Of a stretch of DNA of 64,000 nt, positions 8,793 through 17,766 are shown piece by piece. Each line of letters opens with the position of its first letter. The stretch's first letter is position 1. The notes beneath the pieces are model-generated. The model made no database searches. It saw only the letters and a program-made list of their open reading frames with translations, and had not been told where the DNA came from. A program made the position numbers and the translations under genes. Source of the stretch: Vicinamibacteria bacterium. Lineage in GTDB: Bacteria > Acidobacteriota > Vicinamibacteria > Fen-336. The DNA lies in NCBI GenBank assembly GCA_041493035.1, contig JBGPYB010000001.1, positions 22,999 to 86,998 of the forward strand, in the 5' to 3' direction.

Positions 8793-9815
8793 GTGGCGAC
8801 GCTGCGCCTTGTCCCCGCTTCGGGTAGCCCGATAGAGATCACGCAGGACCAGGTTCTCCTCGGCCGCGATCCCGGTTGTGACTTCGTGCTCAACGACGGC
8901 TCGGTTTCGCGGCGACATGCCCGCATCGAAAGGCGCGGCGCGGGCTGGGCCGTCGTGGACCAGGGGAGCGCCAACGGTACGTTCGTCGACAGCAATCGTG
9001 TCGCCGACGCGGCGCTGCGGAGCGGACAGGACGTGCGCTTCGGCTCGCTAAGCTATCGCGTCGAGATCCAGGGCGAAGTCGACACGGGCGCGACACTGGC
9101 CGGCGCCTCCTCTGATGCGACCGTCGTCCAGGCGGCGCCGGTCGTTGCCCCATCTCCGCCGCCTCGGCCTGCGGCTCCGCCCCCGCCGCCGCCTCGTCCA
9201 CCCGCTCCGGCCTCCCCTGGTCCTCCGCGTGCCGCCGCGGTGCCGCCCCCGCCACCTCCTCCGCTCCACACGGCCGGGCGCACGTCTCCTCCTTCCCCTG
9301 TCCCCGCGATGGCCGCCGGCCCCCCTCCACCCCAGAAGAAGGGCAAGGGGCCGTTCTTCTGGCTGGCCACGGGCTGCTTCGGTTGCCTGACGATGGTGGT
9401 CCTCGCGATCGCTCTCATCGGCGGCGGCGTGTATTTTTCGACGCGCGGGCCTGTCGATGCGGTGAAGGCGGAGCTTGGCGACATTCGTCAGGGCAAGCTG
9501 GACGACGCCTACGCGCGGCTCAGCGAGGACTACAAGGCCCGCTTGGCGCGAGAGGACTTCGAGCGCGCGGTTGCGGCCCACCCGGGGCTGAAGGACAGTC
9601 CCGATGCAAAGTTCTGGTCATGGAGCGTCCACGTCGTCAACGACAGGGGACGCGTCTCTGGCAAGGTCGGTGGAGCCTCCGGACCCAGAGAGGACGCTGG
9701 CTTCGGCCTGAAGAAAGAGTCGGGTCAGTGGAAGATCTCGTCCTTCGACGTGGGTGGCACCGACCTCACGGGCGCTGAAGCCGCACCCCAGGATCCGGCT
9801 TCCGAGTCGCCGTGA
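8793..9815 (+). CDS. FHA-domain protein with Pro-rich linker, one TM and a C-terminal DUF4864-like domain
   Basis: GTG at 8793 lies 7 nt after AAGGAGG. FHA motifs GRDPGCDFVL..VSRRHARI..GSANGTFV, a PPPPPRP-type linker and a TM (FFWLATGCFGCLTMVVLAIALIGGGVYF). The listed ATG at 8673 would abut ccmA and lacks an SD. Confidence 0.75.
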   Translation: MATLRLVPASGSPIEITQDQVLLGRDPGCDFVLNDGSVSRRHARIERRGAGWAVVDQGSANGTFVDSNRVADAALRSGQDVRFGSLSYRVEIQGEVDTGATLAGASSDATVVQAAPVVAPSPPPRPAAPPPPPPRPPAPASPGPPRAAAVPPPPPPPLHTAGRTSPPSPVPAMAAGPPPPQKKGKGPFFWLATGCFGCLTMVVLAIALIGGGVYFSTRGPVDAVKAELGDIRQGKLDDAYARLSEDYKARLAREDFERAVAAHPGLKDSPDAKFWSWSVHVVNDRGRVSGKVGGASGPREDAGFGLKKESGQWKISSFDVGGTDLTGAEAAPQDPASESP

Positions 9816-10132
9816 CCACTCCGTACCCGGAGCCTGTCGAGATCCGTCACGAGAAGTCCGCGCGCCGCGTCATCCTGACGTGGGACGACGGCCACGTGTC
9901 CACCTATCCTCTCGACTACCTCCGAAGCTGGTGCCCCTGCGCCGGCTGCCAGGGCCACGCGCCCGTGGCGAAGTACCTCGACCGAACCGGCGAGGAGATG
10001 GTGCACCTCGAAGCGGTGGGGAACTACGCGATAGCGCCCACCTGGGCCGACGGCCACAGCACCGGCATCTACAGCTTCCGGCTCTTGCGCGGCCTCTGTC
10101 CCTGCGACGACTGCGGCGGCGAGAGGCGCTAG
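9812..10132 (+). CDS. DUF971 domain protein (gamma-butyrobetaine hydroxylase-like N-terminal fold, Zn-Cys)
   Basis: ILTWDDGHVSTYPLDYLRSWCPCAGC...LLRGLCPCDDC. There is a GTGA overlap with the FHA gene stop. Confidence 0.7.
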   Translation: MTTPYPEPVEIRHEKSARRVILTWDDGHVSTYPLDYLRSWCPCAGCQGHAPVAKYLDRTGEEMVHLEAVGNYAIAPTWADGHSTGIYSFRLLRGLCPCDDCGGERR

Positions 10133-11010
10133 AACGGCTCGAGGTGGACGACGACGTCCACGATACTCGGATGAGCCTTCTTGAGGGCGTCCTCGATGCG
10201 GTCCGCCACGTCGTGAGCGGCCCGTAGGGAGACCCCACCGTCCACGAAGGCGACGAGGTCCACGTAGACGGCGTCGGCGCCTCCGCGGCTTCGCACATCG
10301 CGGTACCCCTTCACGCCGTCGACCCCCTCCACGACCGACGCGATGGCCGCCGCAGGGAGGACCACGCGATCCGTCAGCACATGGAACGATCCCACCAGGA
10401 TCTTGACCGCCTGGACGGCGATCACCACCGCGATAGCGACGGCCACCGTAGCGTCGGCCCAGGGGAATCCGGCCTTGGCACCGGCAAAAGAAGCTATGAC
10501 CCCGAGCGACACGTACAGATCCGACCGCGTGTGCATCGCATCGGCCACGAGGTAGTCGCTCCCCAGGCGCCGTCCTTCGCGAGCCTCGTACCAGGAGACG
10601 AAGACGTTCATGGCGATGGTGGCGAGCATCACCGTCCAGTTGAGGGCGCCTATCACCGGGAGGTGAGCCCCCGAAGCCTGGACGAGCGCTCCCTGGACGA
10701 CGCTATACGAAAGGGCCAGGAGAGCGACTCCGATGAGGGTCGTCGCGGCCGTTTCGAATTTGCGATGGCCGTAGGGATGTCCTGAGTCGGGAGGGGCGTA
10801 GGCGAATGCGGCCACGAGCAGGCCAATGACGTTGTTCGAACCGTCCACGAGGCTGTGATAGCCGTCGGCCACCATCGAGACGCTTCCCGAGAGCGTGCCG
10901 ACGACGATCTTGCCCCCGCTCACGACGAGGTTCAGGGCAAGGGTGATCCAGAGGACGCGGCGTACGGCGGCGCCCAGGGCGGCGGGGGAGTCGGCGAGTG
11001 CGGACGTCAT
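10129..11010 (-). CDS. Cation diffusion facilitator (CDF) family metal efflux transporter
   Basis: Six TM segments, HSLVDGSNN and HTRSDLYVS metal-site motifs, and a C-terminal cytoplasmic domain (VHLEP). Confidence 0.85.
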   Translation of the reverse strand: MTSALADSPAALGAAVRRVLWITLALNLVVSGGKIVVGTLSGSVSMVADGYHSLVDGSNNVIGLLVAAFAYAPPDSGHPYGHRKFETAATTLIGVALLALSYSVVQGALVQASGAHLPVIGALNWTVMLATIAMNVFVSWYEAREGRRLGSDYLVADAMHTRSDLYVSLGVIASFAGAKAGFPWADATVAVAIAVVIAVQAVKILVGSFHVLTDRVVLPAAAIASVVEGVDGVKGYRDVRSRGGADAVYVDLVAFVDGGVSLRAAHDVADRIEDALKKAHPSIVDVVVHLEPF

Positions 11011-11023
11011 GGGCGCTCGCGAC

Positions 11024-12706
11024 TCATTTCATCCGCGCGCCCTTGTCCTCGGTGGCGAACACCCATCCCACGACTTTCCCGGGCTGGATCAGCCCTTCGG
11101 CGCTCCAGAACTGACGATCACGGAGAAACCGCGACGACGTTTCGGCGGCCGGAATGGCGTCGATCTCCTTGGCGATCGTCTCGAACCGTTCCTTCCACAG
11201 GGCCATGTTTGCCTCGCGAAGGTCCACCCACCCCGCCTTGGCCCAGGCCTCGACCCGCTCCGGCGAGATCTCGATGGAATTTCCGGCGGTGGTGATGGGC
11301 GGAATCTTGCATTCGGGCCCGCGGAGAAGCCGCCCATCGGGGAGCAGCACCGGGATCCCGATCGAGAGGATGGGGCGTCGCACCTCGGGTCGGTCCACCT
11401 CGGCCAAGAGCCGCCGGCTCATCTCCGCCGGCGCCGACTCTCGTACCTTGCCCATCGTGCCGTAGGCGCGTCGCAGTAGATCGGCCTCGTGGAGGAGCTT
11501 CGATAGCCGCGGCGGCCCGAGGTTCTCGAAGGCCACGCTTCGCACGTCGTGCTGCTTCTCCAGATCCCGGAGCTTCTCGAGGGCCCAGTGGCGCATGAGG
11601 CCGGCGCGATAGGTCGGTCCCATGACGGCGTTGTCGAGGGCGTTGATGACGTCGTGACCAGTGTTTCCGCCCACCAATTCCCGGACGACGACGTCGGCGA
11701 TCTCCTCGGGCGTCACGAACTCCATCTGCTCGCTCGTCGTGATCGCGCTGAACTCCTCCAGGGAGAAGATGCCGTTCTCGCCGGTGTCGATGAAGACGTT
11801 CTGGAGGGTCTGTCCCGTGGCTCGTCCCCGGTTCGGATCCACGGGACGGAACGAGTCGCCAGGGCGAATAGCCTCCGCCTCGTCGACCTCTACGTCGTAG
11901 AGGGGAACCGGGTGGCCTCCGCGAAGGATCTCGCCGAAGCCGATTCGCTTCCACGCGATGGCGGCGGCGGGCTTGATCTCCTTGATGATCGGTCCGTCGG
12001 GTGTCCTGGCCATCAAGAAGAGGAGAAGCGTGTGGGCGCCGGCCAGGGCGCTCTTCGAGAGGAGGACGCGGGACGGCTTCTCCTCCGAGTGCGTGTACGG
12101 GATGTTGAGACCCATCCCGCCGGTCCCCGACGTGCCGATCTTGATGTACACCTTCGTCCCCGCCTTGACCATCGAAAGGTAGAGAACCTGAACGTGACGG
12201 ATGAGCTGCGGAACGTAGTCGGTGACGAGGAGCATCTCCAGGCTCTCGCGGAGATCGGCCTTCGCCTGGAGGGCCTGGTAGGCCAACCGGCTCGTCTTGT
12301 AGACGTCCTGGTACGCGATCCCGGTGGCGGTATTGACGGCGTCCACGATGATGTCGGGGCGCTCCTCGGTCACGAGCTGGAAGAGGAAGTATTGGCGCGC
12401 CGCCGCCTCCGAGAGCGGGTCGAGAAGGCTCTCGATGATCCGGCCTCTGAGCTCGGCGTCGGAGAAGACCTCGCGGCGCGGTCGGTCCTTGAGGTCGGCG
12501 AAGGTGAAGACGTCCCCCCAGGCGGCGGCGAGCTCGACGCTCTCGCGCTCGGGGGTGAGGGCAAGGACGGCGGCTTCGGCCTCCTCGCGTTTCAGCGAGA
12601 GAAGGGTGATCCGTCGCGGCCCTTCCCGGACGAGGCGCCGAGCGACGGCCTGCCCCACGAGGCCGTACCCGCCGAGGACGAGGACGGACTTTCCGCGGAT
12701 GTCCAT
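11024..12706 (-). CDS. Unknown 560-aa protein with an N-terminal NAD(P)-binding Rossmann motif
   Basis: KSVLVLGGYGLVGQAV (GxGxxG). The rest is not recognised. Coding is supported by clean codon bias and length. Confidence 0.6.
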   Translation of the reverse strand: MDIRGKSVLVLGGYGLVGQAVARRLVREGPRRITLLSLKREEAEAAVLALTPERESVELAAAWGDVFTFADLKDRPRREVFSDAELRGRIIESLLDPLSEAAARQYFLFQLVTEERPDIIVDAVNTATGIAYQDVYKTSRLAYQALQAKADLRESLEMLLVTDYVPQLIRHVQVLYLSMVKAGTKVYIKIGTSGTGGMGLNIPYTHSEEKPSRVLLSKSALAGAHTLLLFLMARTPDGPIIKEIKPAAAIAWKRIGFGEILRGGHPVPLYDVEVDEAEAIRPGDSFRPVDPNRGRATGQTLQNVFIDTGENGIFSLEEFSAITTSEQMEFVTPEEIADVVVRELVGGNTGHDVINALDNAVMGPTYRAGLMRHWALEKLRDLEKQHDVRSVAFENLGPPRLSKLLHEADLLRRAYGTMGKVRESAPAEMSRRLLAEVDRPEVRRPILSIGIPVLLPDGRLLRGPECKIPPITTAGNSIEISPERVEAWAKAGWVDLREANMALWKERFETIAKEIDAIPAAETSSRFLRDRQFWSAEGLIQPGKVVGWVFATEDKGARMK

Positions 12707-12730
12707 GCGGGCCCTCGGGCCCCTCCGGCC

Positions 12731-14218
12731 TTAGGCCTCTTGCTCGCGGACGAGGTCCAGCTTGCCGACGTTCTGGAAGAGCGAGAGGGCCGCGGCGTAG
12801 AGGAAGCCGAACTGGAAAAGGAAGATGAACGGAAGCGTTCCGTAGATCTCGTTCACCAAGGCGTAGCCTGCCATCGCCGTGAAGTACAACCCGAGAAGGA
12901 GCTCGACGAAGGGAAGAAAGCTCAGGGTTCCGCGGTAGCGCTTCTGTTTCCACTCATCGCCTGCCCCTTCGACCCGGTACTTCGGCGTGCGTGTGAACTC
13001 CGACTCGTGGCCCAGGAGCGCCTCGATGACGGCCTTGGCGTTGTTGACCGAGAGTCCGATGCCGACGGCGAGGACCGCGGGCAAGTACTTGATCCGGCTT
13101 CGCCAGGCCTCTCCGAAGATCTCTCGCTGGCTCACCAGGTAGAAGGAGCAGACGCTCATGGTTGCGCCGAGGAAGAGTGGGACGTCCACGATCATCATCT
13201 CGTACCACCCCATGTTGTAGCGGATGACCATGGCCGGGAACATGAGAACCGAGAGGAGCACCATCAGGGGATAGGCGAAATTGGCTGTCAAGTGGAACGC
13301 CGCTTCGACCTTCAAGGGTAGAGGCAGCTTGGACGCCAGAATCCCGGGAAGGAGCTTCCGGCAGGTTTGGATCGACCCCTTCGCCCAGCGGTGCTGCTGG
13401 CTCTTGAAGGCATTCATCTCGACGGGGACCTCGGCAGGCGAAACGACGTCTTGCACGAATACGAACCGCCAGCCCTTCATCTGGGCGCGGTACGACAGGT
13501 CCAGGTCTTCCGTCAGCGTGTCGTGTTGCCAACCCCCGGCGTCGGCGATGGCGCTCGTTCGCCACACGCCCGCCGTGCCGTTGAAGTTGAAGAAGCGCCC
13601 GGCGCGGTTCCGGCCGCCGTGCTCGAGAATGAAGTGGCCGTCCAGGAGCACCGACTGCACCTGGGTGAGGAGCGAGTAGTCCCGGTTGACGTGTCCCCAC
13701 CGGACCTGCACCATCCCCACCTGCGGGTCCTGGAAGTGGCCCACGGTCTTCTCGAGAATATCGGCGGGAGCCACGAAATCGGCGTCGAAGATCAGGATGA
13801 ACTCTCCGCTCGCCACTCCGAGGCCCGCTTCGAGGGCCCCCGCCTTGTACCCGGTGCGATTGTCCCGATGGATGTAGTGGATGTCGAAGCCCTGGTCGCG
13901 ATAGCGGTCGACCGCGGTCGCCGCGATCGTCGTGGTCTCATCGGTGGAGTCGTCGAGAACCTGGATCTCGAGTAGCTCTTTCGGATAGCTGATCTTCGTC
14001 ACCGATTCGAGAAGCCGATCCACGACGTACATTTCGTTGTAGAGAGGCAGTTGGACCGTGACGCGTGGGAGGTGAGCGGGAGGGGCCGCCGGCAACGCTC
14101 GCCGGTCTCGGTGGCGAAAGTAGAGATAGACCATCACGTAGCGATGAAGGCCGAAGACGGCCAGGATCACCAGAGTCAGGAAATACAGACCTAGAACGGC
14201 GATTTCGAAAGGACTCAT
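12731..14218 (-). CDS. Processive family-2 glycosyltransferase (CesA/CslA-like beta-glycan synthase)
   Basis: Motifs VLDDSTDET, FDADF, LTEDLDLSYR and QQHRWAKG (QxxRW), with flanking TM helices. Start chosen at internal ATG 14218 (MSPFEIAVLGLYFL...). Confidence 0.85.
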   Translation of the reverse strand: MSPFEIAVLGLYFLTLVILAVFGLHRYVMVYLYFRHRDRRALPAAPPAHLPRVTVQLPLYNEMYVVDRLLESVTKISYPKELLEIQVLDDSTDETTTIAATAVDRYRDQGFDIHYIHRDNRTGYKAGALEAGLGVASGEFILIFDADFVAPADILEKTVGHFQDPQVGMVQVRWGHVNRDYSLLTQVQSVLLDGHFILEHGGRNRAGRFFNFNGTAGVWRTSAIADAGGWQHDTLTEDLDLSYRAQMKGWRFVFVQDVVSPAEVPVEMNAFKSQQHRWAKGSIQTCRKLLPGILASKLPLPLKVEAAFHLTANFAYPLMVLLSVLMFPAMVIRYNMGWYEMMIVDVPLFLGATMSVCSFYLVSQREIFGEAWRSRIKYLPAVLAVGIGLSVNNAKAVIEALLGHESEFTRTPKYRVEGAGDEWKQKRYRGTLSFLPFVELLLGLYFTAMAGYALVNEIYGTLPFIFLFQFGFLYAAALSLFQNVGKLDLVREQEA

Positions 14219-14409
14219 GATCGCGAAACGCAGCCTCCGTCGTGCCGTGGCAAACACCCCGGCAACCCCAAACCCCGCGCATTCCGTCGCTCCGGTGAAG
14301 GGCGCCGAGGCCGCGGCGCTCCCAAACGAGCTAGGGGATGCTTGCGCCACGTTGGCACAAGCTGTAATAGTCTATACAAACCCTTGACCATGTCAACGTT
14401 AGAGGCGAT

Positions 14410-15171
14410 TTGAACCCGCAGGATCTGATCGACCTCCTGCGGCGGGTCAAGGAGGGGGACGTCACCCCCGAGGACGCTGTCGAACGGCTGAAAAGCCTTC
14501 CCTACGAGGACATCGAGTTCGCCAAGATCGATCACCATCGTGCCCTGCGCCGCGGCTTTCCCGAGGTGATCTACGGCGGCGGGAAGACCCCCGAGCACAT
14601 CGTCGCCATCGTCGAACGCATCGTGGCCCACGACCAGAACGTGCTCGTGACGCGGACGACACCCGAGGTCCATTCCCTGCTCTCGAGATCTCGGGCCGAA
14701 GCGCGCTATCACGAGGTCTCGCGTTGCATCACCGTTTCGGTACGGCCTGCCCCCCCGCTTGTCGGGCGCGTGGCCGTGGTCTCGGCGGGGACCTCCGACC
14801 TTCCGGTTGCCGAGGAAGCCGCCGTGACAGCGGAGTTTCACGGCGCCACCGTCGACCGCGTCCACGATGTCGGCGTTGCGGGCCTCCACCGCCTCTTGGC
14901 TCAGGGACCCACCCTCCGCGATGCCCATGTGGTTATCGTCGTCGCAGGGATGGAAGGGGCCCTCCCCTCGGTCGTGGGGGGGCTGGTCGACGCCCCTGTG
15001 ATCGCGGTCCCGACCAGCGTCGGCTACGGCGCGTCGTTTCATGGGCTCGCGGCGCTCCTGGCCATGCTCAACTCCTGTGCGTCGGGGGTCGCCGTCGTGA
15101 ACATCGACAACGGCTTCGGTGCCGGGTATCTGGCCAGCGCCATTCTGAGAAAACGAGTCGCCGGTCCTTGA
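14410..15171 (+). CDS. larB: LarB-type (PurE-like) nickel-pincer cofactor biosynthesis carboxylase/hydrolase
   Basis: TTG start. N-terminal LLRRVKEGDVTPEDAVERLKSLPYEDIEFAKIDHHRALRRGFPEVIYGGGKT followed by a PurE-like fold (VAVVSAGTSDLPVAEEA, VVAGMEGALPSVVGG). Confidence 0.8.
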   Translation: MNPQDLIDLLRRVKEGDVTPEDAVERLKSLPYEDIEFAKIDHHRALRRGFPEVIYGGGKTPEHIVAIVERIVAHDQNVLVTRTTPEVHSLLSRSRAEARYHEVSRCITVSVRPAPPLVGRVAVVSAGTSDLPVAEEAAVTAEFHGATVDRVHDVGVAGLHRLLAQGPTLRDAHVVIVVAGMEGALPSVVGGLVDAPVIAVPTSVGYGASFHGLAALLAMLNSCASGVAVVNIDNGFGAGYLASAILRKRVAGP

Positions 15172-15342
15172 CAAACTCGTTGACAGTCCACATCTTGTAA
15201 GCGGTCCTGTCCCCGGCCTCGCGGTCCGGAGGACGACACGGACAGGCGCAGAGGGCGCGGGCAGGGTTCCCCATCGCGTTCCTCTCCCTAAAGTGCGCAT
15301 TGTGAGTGGGTTACGTCTCCTCTCGCGAGGAGAGGGAGTCTC

Positions 15343-17766
15343 TTGAACGCGAACACCTTCCGAATCCTCGAGTTCGAGTCGATTCGGGAACTTCTCCTGG
15401 CGCGGGCGGGCTCCGCGGTCGGGAAGTCCCGCCTGCGAGCCCTCCGCCCGCTTCAAGAGCCAGCCGAGGTTCGCCGGGCACTGGTCCGGACCACCGAGGG
15501 GGTTGCGCTCCTTGGCGCCATCGGGCGGCAGCCGTACCACGACCTGCCGGACCTCACCGAGATCCTTCCGGCCGCGCGTGTGTCGGGATTCCACCTGGAG
15601 CCGACCGCCCTCCTCGACGTGGCGTCTTTCATCGAAGGGGGAGTCGAGATCGCCCGGCGCATCGCCACCGTCGAAGCCGCGCCGGCTCTGGCTCGTCGGG
15701 CCTCCCAGATCGTCCTGCGCAGCGACCTCGCGGTGGCGATTCGTCGCGCGATCCTGCCTTCGCGGGAAGTAGCCGACGACGCGTCTCCGAAACTCCTGGA
15801 GACGCGCCGCGCCATCGCGCGTGTCAAGACCGAGCTCCAGTCGGTGATGGAGTCGTTCTTGCGGGGGAAAGACGCCGAGCGTCTCCTGCAGGATCGGCTC
15901 GTGACGACGCGCAACGACCGCTGCGTGCTCTTGCTGAAGGCCGAGCACCGCGGCCAGCTCCCCGGCATCGTCCACGGCAGCTCCGGCTCCGGCGCGAGTC
16001 TCTTCGTGGAGCCGATGCCGGCGGTCGAGCTGAACAACGACATCGTGGCCAAGGGCGACGAGGAGCGCGCCGAGGTGGTCCGAATCCTGAAGACGCTGAC
16101 CGCGCTCGTCGGAGACCACTCGGCGGATCTCGGGAAGGCCACCGACGTTCTGGGCGAGCTGGACGCCGTTCAGGCCATGGCGCTCCTCGCGCGCGACACG
16201 AGCGCCGTGCAGCCCGAGATCGCTGACGGTCAGGAGCTCGATCTCGACCTCGTCGAGGCCCGACATCCGCTCTTGATGGGGGCGCTGGCGGAAGCGCTAG
16301 GCGTGTCGCGGCGGGGGCGCCGGGAGCCGGTACCGGTCAGCCTGCGCGTCGGCTTCGGCGAGCCTGTCCTCGTGATCAGCGGCCCCAACACCGGCGGCAA
16401 GACCGTGGCCCTCAAGACGCTGGGGCTCCTCGCTCTCATGGCCCAGAGTGGCCTCCACATCCCTGTCGCAGCCGGCAGCCGTCTGCCCGTCTTCCGGCGT
16501 ATCTACGCCGACATTGGTGACGATCAGTCGATCGCCGAGAGCCTGTCGACCTTCTCCGCCCATCTGGCGTCGATCGTCGAGATGACACACGACCTGGAGG
16601 CTCCGGCCCTGGTCCTTCTGGACGAAGTGGGAGCGGGCACGGATCCCACCGAAGGGGGCGGCCTTGGCGTTGCCATCGTGGATCATTTCAGGAGCCGCGG
16701 AGCGATGGTGGTGGCGACGACCCACCACGGCCTGATGAAGGCTTATGCCCAGTCGACGCCCGGCGTCTCCTGCGCCTCTTTCGGCTACGACCCCTCGACC
16801 TACGAGCCGACGTACCGTCTGGCCCTGGGAGTGCCGGGGCGCAGCCTCGCCCTCGAGATGGCCGAGAGGCTCGGCCTCCCCGCAGCCGTCGTGGCCGACG
16901 CACGGGCTCGTGTGAACGCCAAGGAAGCCCAGGCGGAGGCCCTCCTGAAGCGCCTGGAGGACGATCGGGCCAACCTAGCGAGCGAGACACGGCGTTTCGC
17001 CGAGGAGCGTCAGGCCTTGGCCGCAGCGCAGGAGCGGCAGCGCGCCGCGGAAGCGGACCTCGTCGGGCGCCAGCGGGCGGAAGGGGAGGCTTTCTCGAAG
17101 GAGCTCAGACGTCGGGGAGAAGAGGCCGCTCGCAAGGCCGCCGACGCGATCCGCGAGGCCGTGCAGCGCGTCGAAACGTCGCGCCGGTCGGCGGTGAACG
17201 AAGGGGCCCGCGCTCGAACCGAGGTCGTGCGCCAGATCCGCATGGCGCAAGACGAGGCGTTGCAGAACGTCGCTCCTGTCCTCGCGGAGGAAGCGGAGGT
17301 TGCCGGAAGCGAGATCCGAGTCGGGGGCCGGGTACGCGTCCGCTCCCTGGGCGTCATCGGCGAGGTGCTGTCCATCGGTGGGCAGGGAGACGTCGAGCTC
17401 GCGGTCGGAGGCAAGCGGATGTGGGCGCCGCGCGTCGAGCTCGTCTCTCTCGGCGCCTCGAAGCCCTCGTCCTCCTCGGCTCAGAATCTTTCGTCCCGCC
17501 CGAGAGTCCAAGACGAAGGGGCCACTGCTGAGATCAACCTCGTCGGCTTGACCGTGGACGAAGCCCTACCGCAGGTGGACAAGTTCCTGGACAACGCGGC
17601 GATCTCCGAGCGACGGGAAGTGCGCGTCATCCACGGCTTTGGCCAGGGAAGGCTCCGAAAGGCAGTGGCGGGGCTTCTGGAGGGGCATCCCCATGTCGCC
17701 GCTTTCCACCTGGGGGAAGGCCGTGAAGGCGGCGCGGGCGCCACGATCGTGGAGCTGAAGGACTGA
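15343..17766 (+). CDS. mutS2: Endonuclease MutS2 (MutS ATPase + C-terminal Smr domain)
   Basis: GPNTGGKTVALKT Walker A, coiled-coil middle region, and an Smr domain (VRVIHGFGQGRLRKAV). The TTG start follows GGAGAGGGAG. Confidence 0.9.
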   Translation: MNANTFRILEFESIRELLLARAGSAVGKSRLRALRPLQEPAEVRRALVRTTEGVALLGAIGRQPYHDLPDLTEILPAARVSGFHLEPTALLDVASFIEGGVEIARRIATVEAAPALARRASQIVLRSDLAVAIRRAILPSREVADDASPKLLETRRAIARVKTELQSVMESFLRGKDAERLLQDRLVTTRNDRCVLLLKAEHRGQLPGIVHGSSGSGASLFVEPMPAVELNNDIVAKGDEERAEVVRILKTLTALVGDHSADLGKATDVLGELDAVQAMALLARDTSAVQPEIADGQELDLDLVEARHPLLMGALAEALGVSRRGRREPVPVSLRVGFGEPVLVISGPNTGGKTVALKTLGLLALMAQSGLHIPVAAGSRLPVFRRIYADIGDDQSIAESLSTFSAHLASIVEMTHDLEAPALVLLDEVGAGTDPTEGGGLGVAIVDHFRSRGAMVVATTHHGLMKAYAQSTPGVSCASFGYDPSTYEPTYRLALGVPGRSLALEMAERLGLPAAVVADARARVNAKEAQAEALLKRLEDDRANLASETRRFAEERQALAAAQERQRAAEADLVGRQRAEGEAFSKELRRRGEEAARKAADAIREAVQRVETSRRSAVNEGARARTEVVRQIRMAQDEALQNVAPVLAEEAEVAGSEIRVGGRVRVRSLGVIGEVLSIGGQGDVELAVGGKRMWAPRVELVSLGASKPSSSSAQNLSSRPRVQDEGATAEINLVGLTVDEALPQVDKFLDNAAISERREVRVIHGFGQGRLRKAVAGLLEGHPHVAAFHLGEGREGGAGATIVELKD

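Noticed and set aside
14350-14372. TTGGCACAAGCTGTAAT upstream of larB as a sigma-54 (-24/-12) promoter
   Set aside because: The GG is present, but the element 12 nt downstream is not GC (the TGGCAC-N5-TTGC spacing and sequence are not met). No enhancer-binding protein gene is nearby.
14215-16266. 683-aa ORF on the minus strand, and similar long ORFs: 19492..21288(-), 17481..18884(-), 37484..39892(-), 22584..24620(-), 27952..29937(-), 26874..28562(+), 4102..5946(+), 52518..54059(+), 11118..12953(-), 11549..13321(+), 43832..44932(+), 45692..47224(+)
   Set aside because: All lie antisense to, or out of frame with, genes that carry unmistakable family motifs. Their translations are Arg/Gly/Pro/Ala-rich low-complexity strings without motifs. 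This is the expected artefact of stop-codon-poor alternative frames in high-GC DNA.
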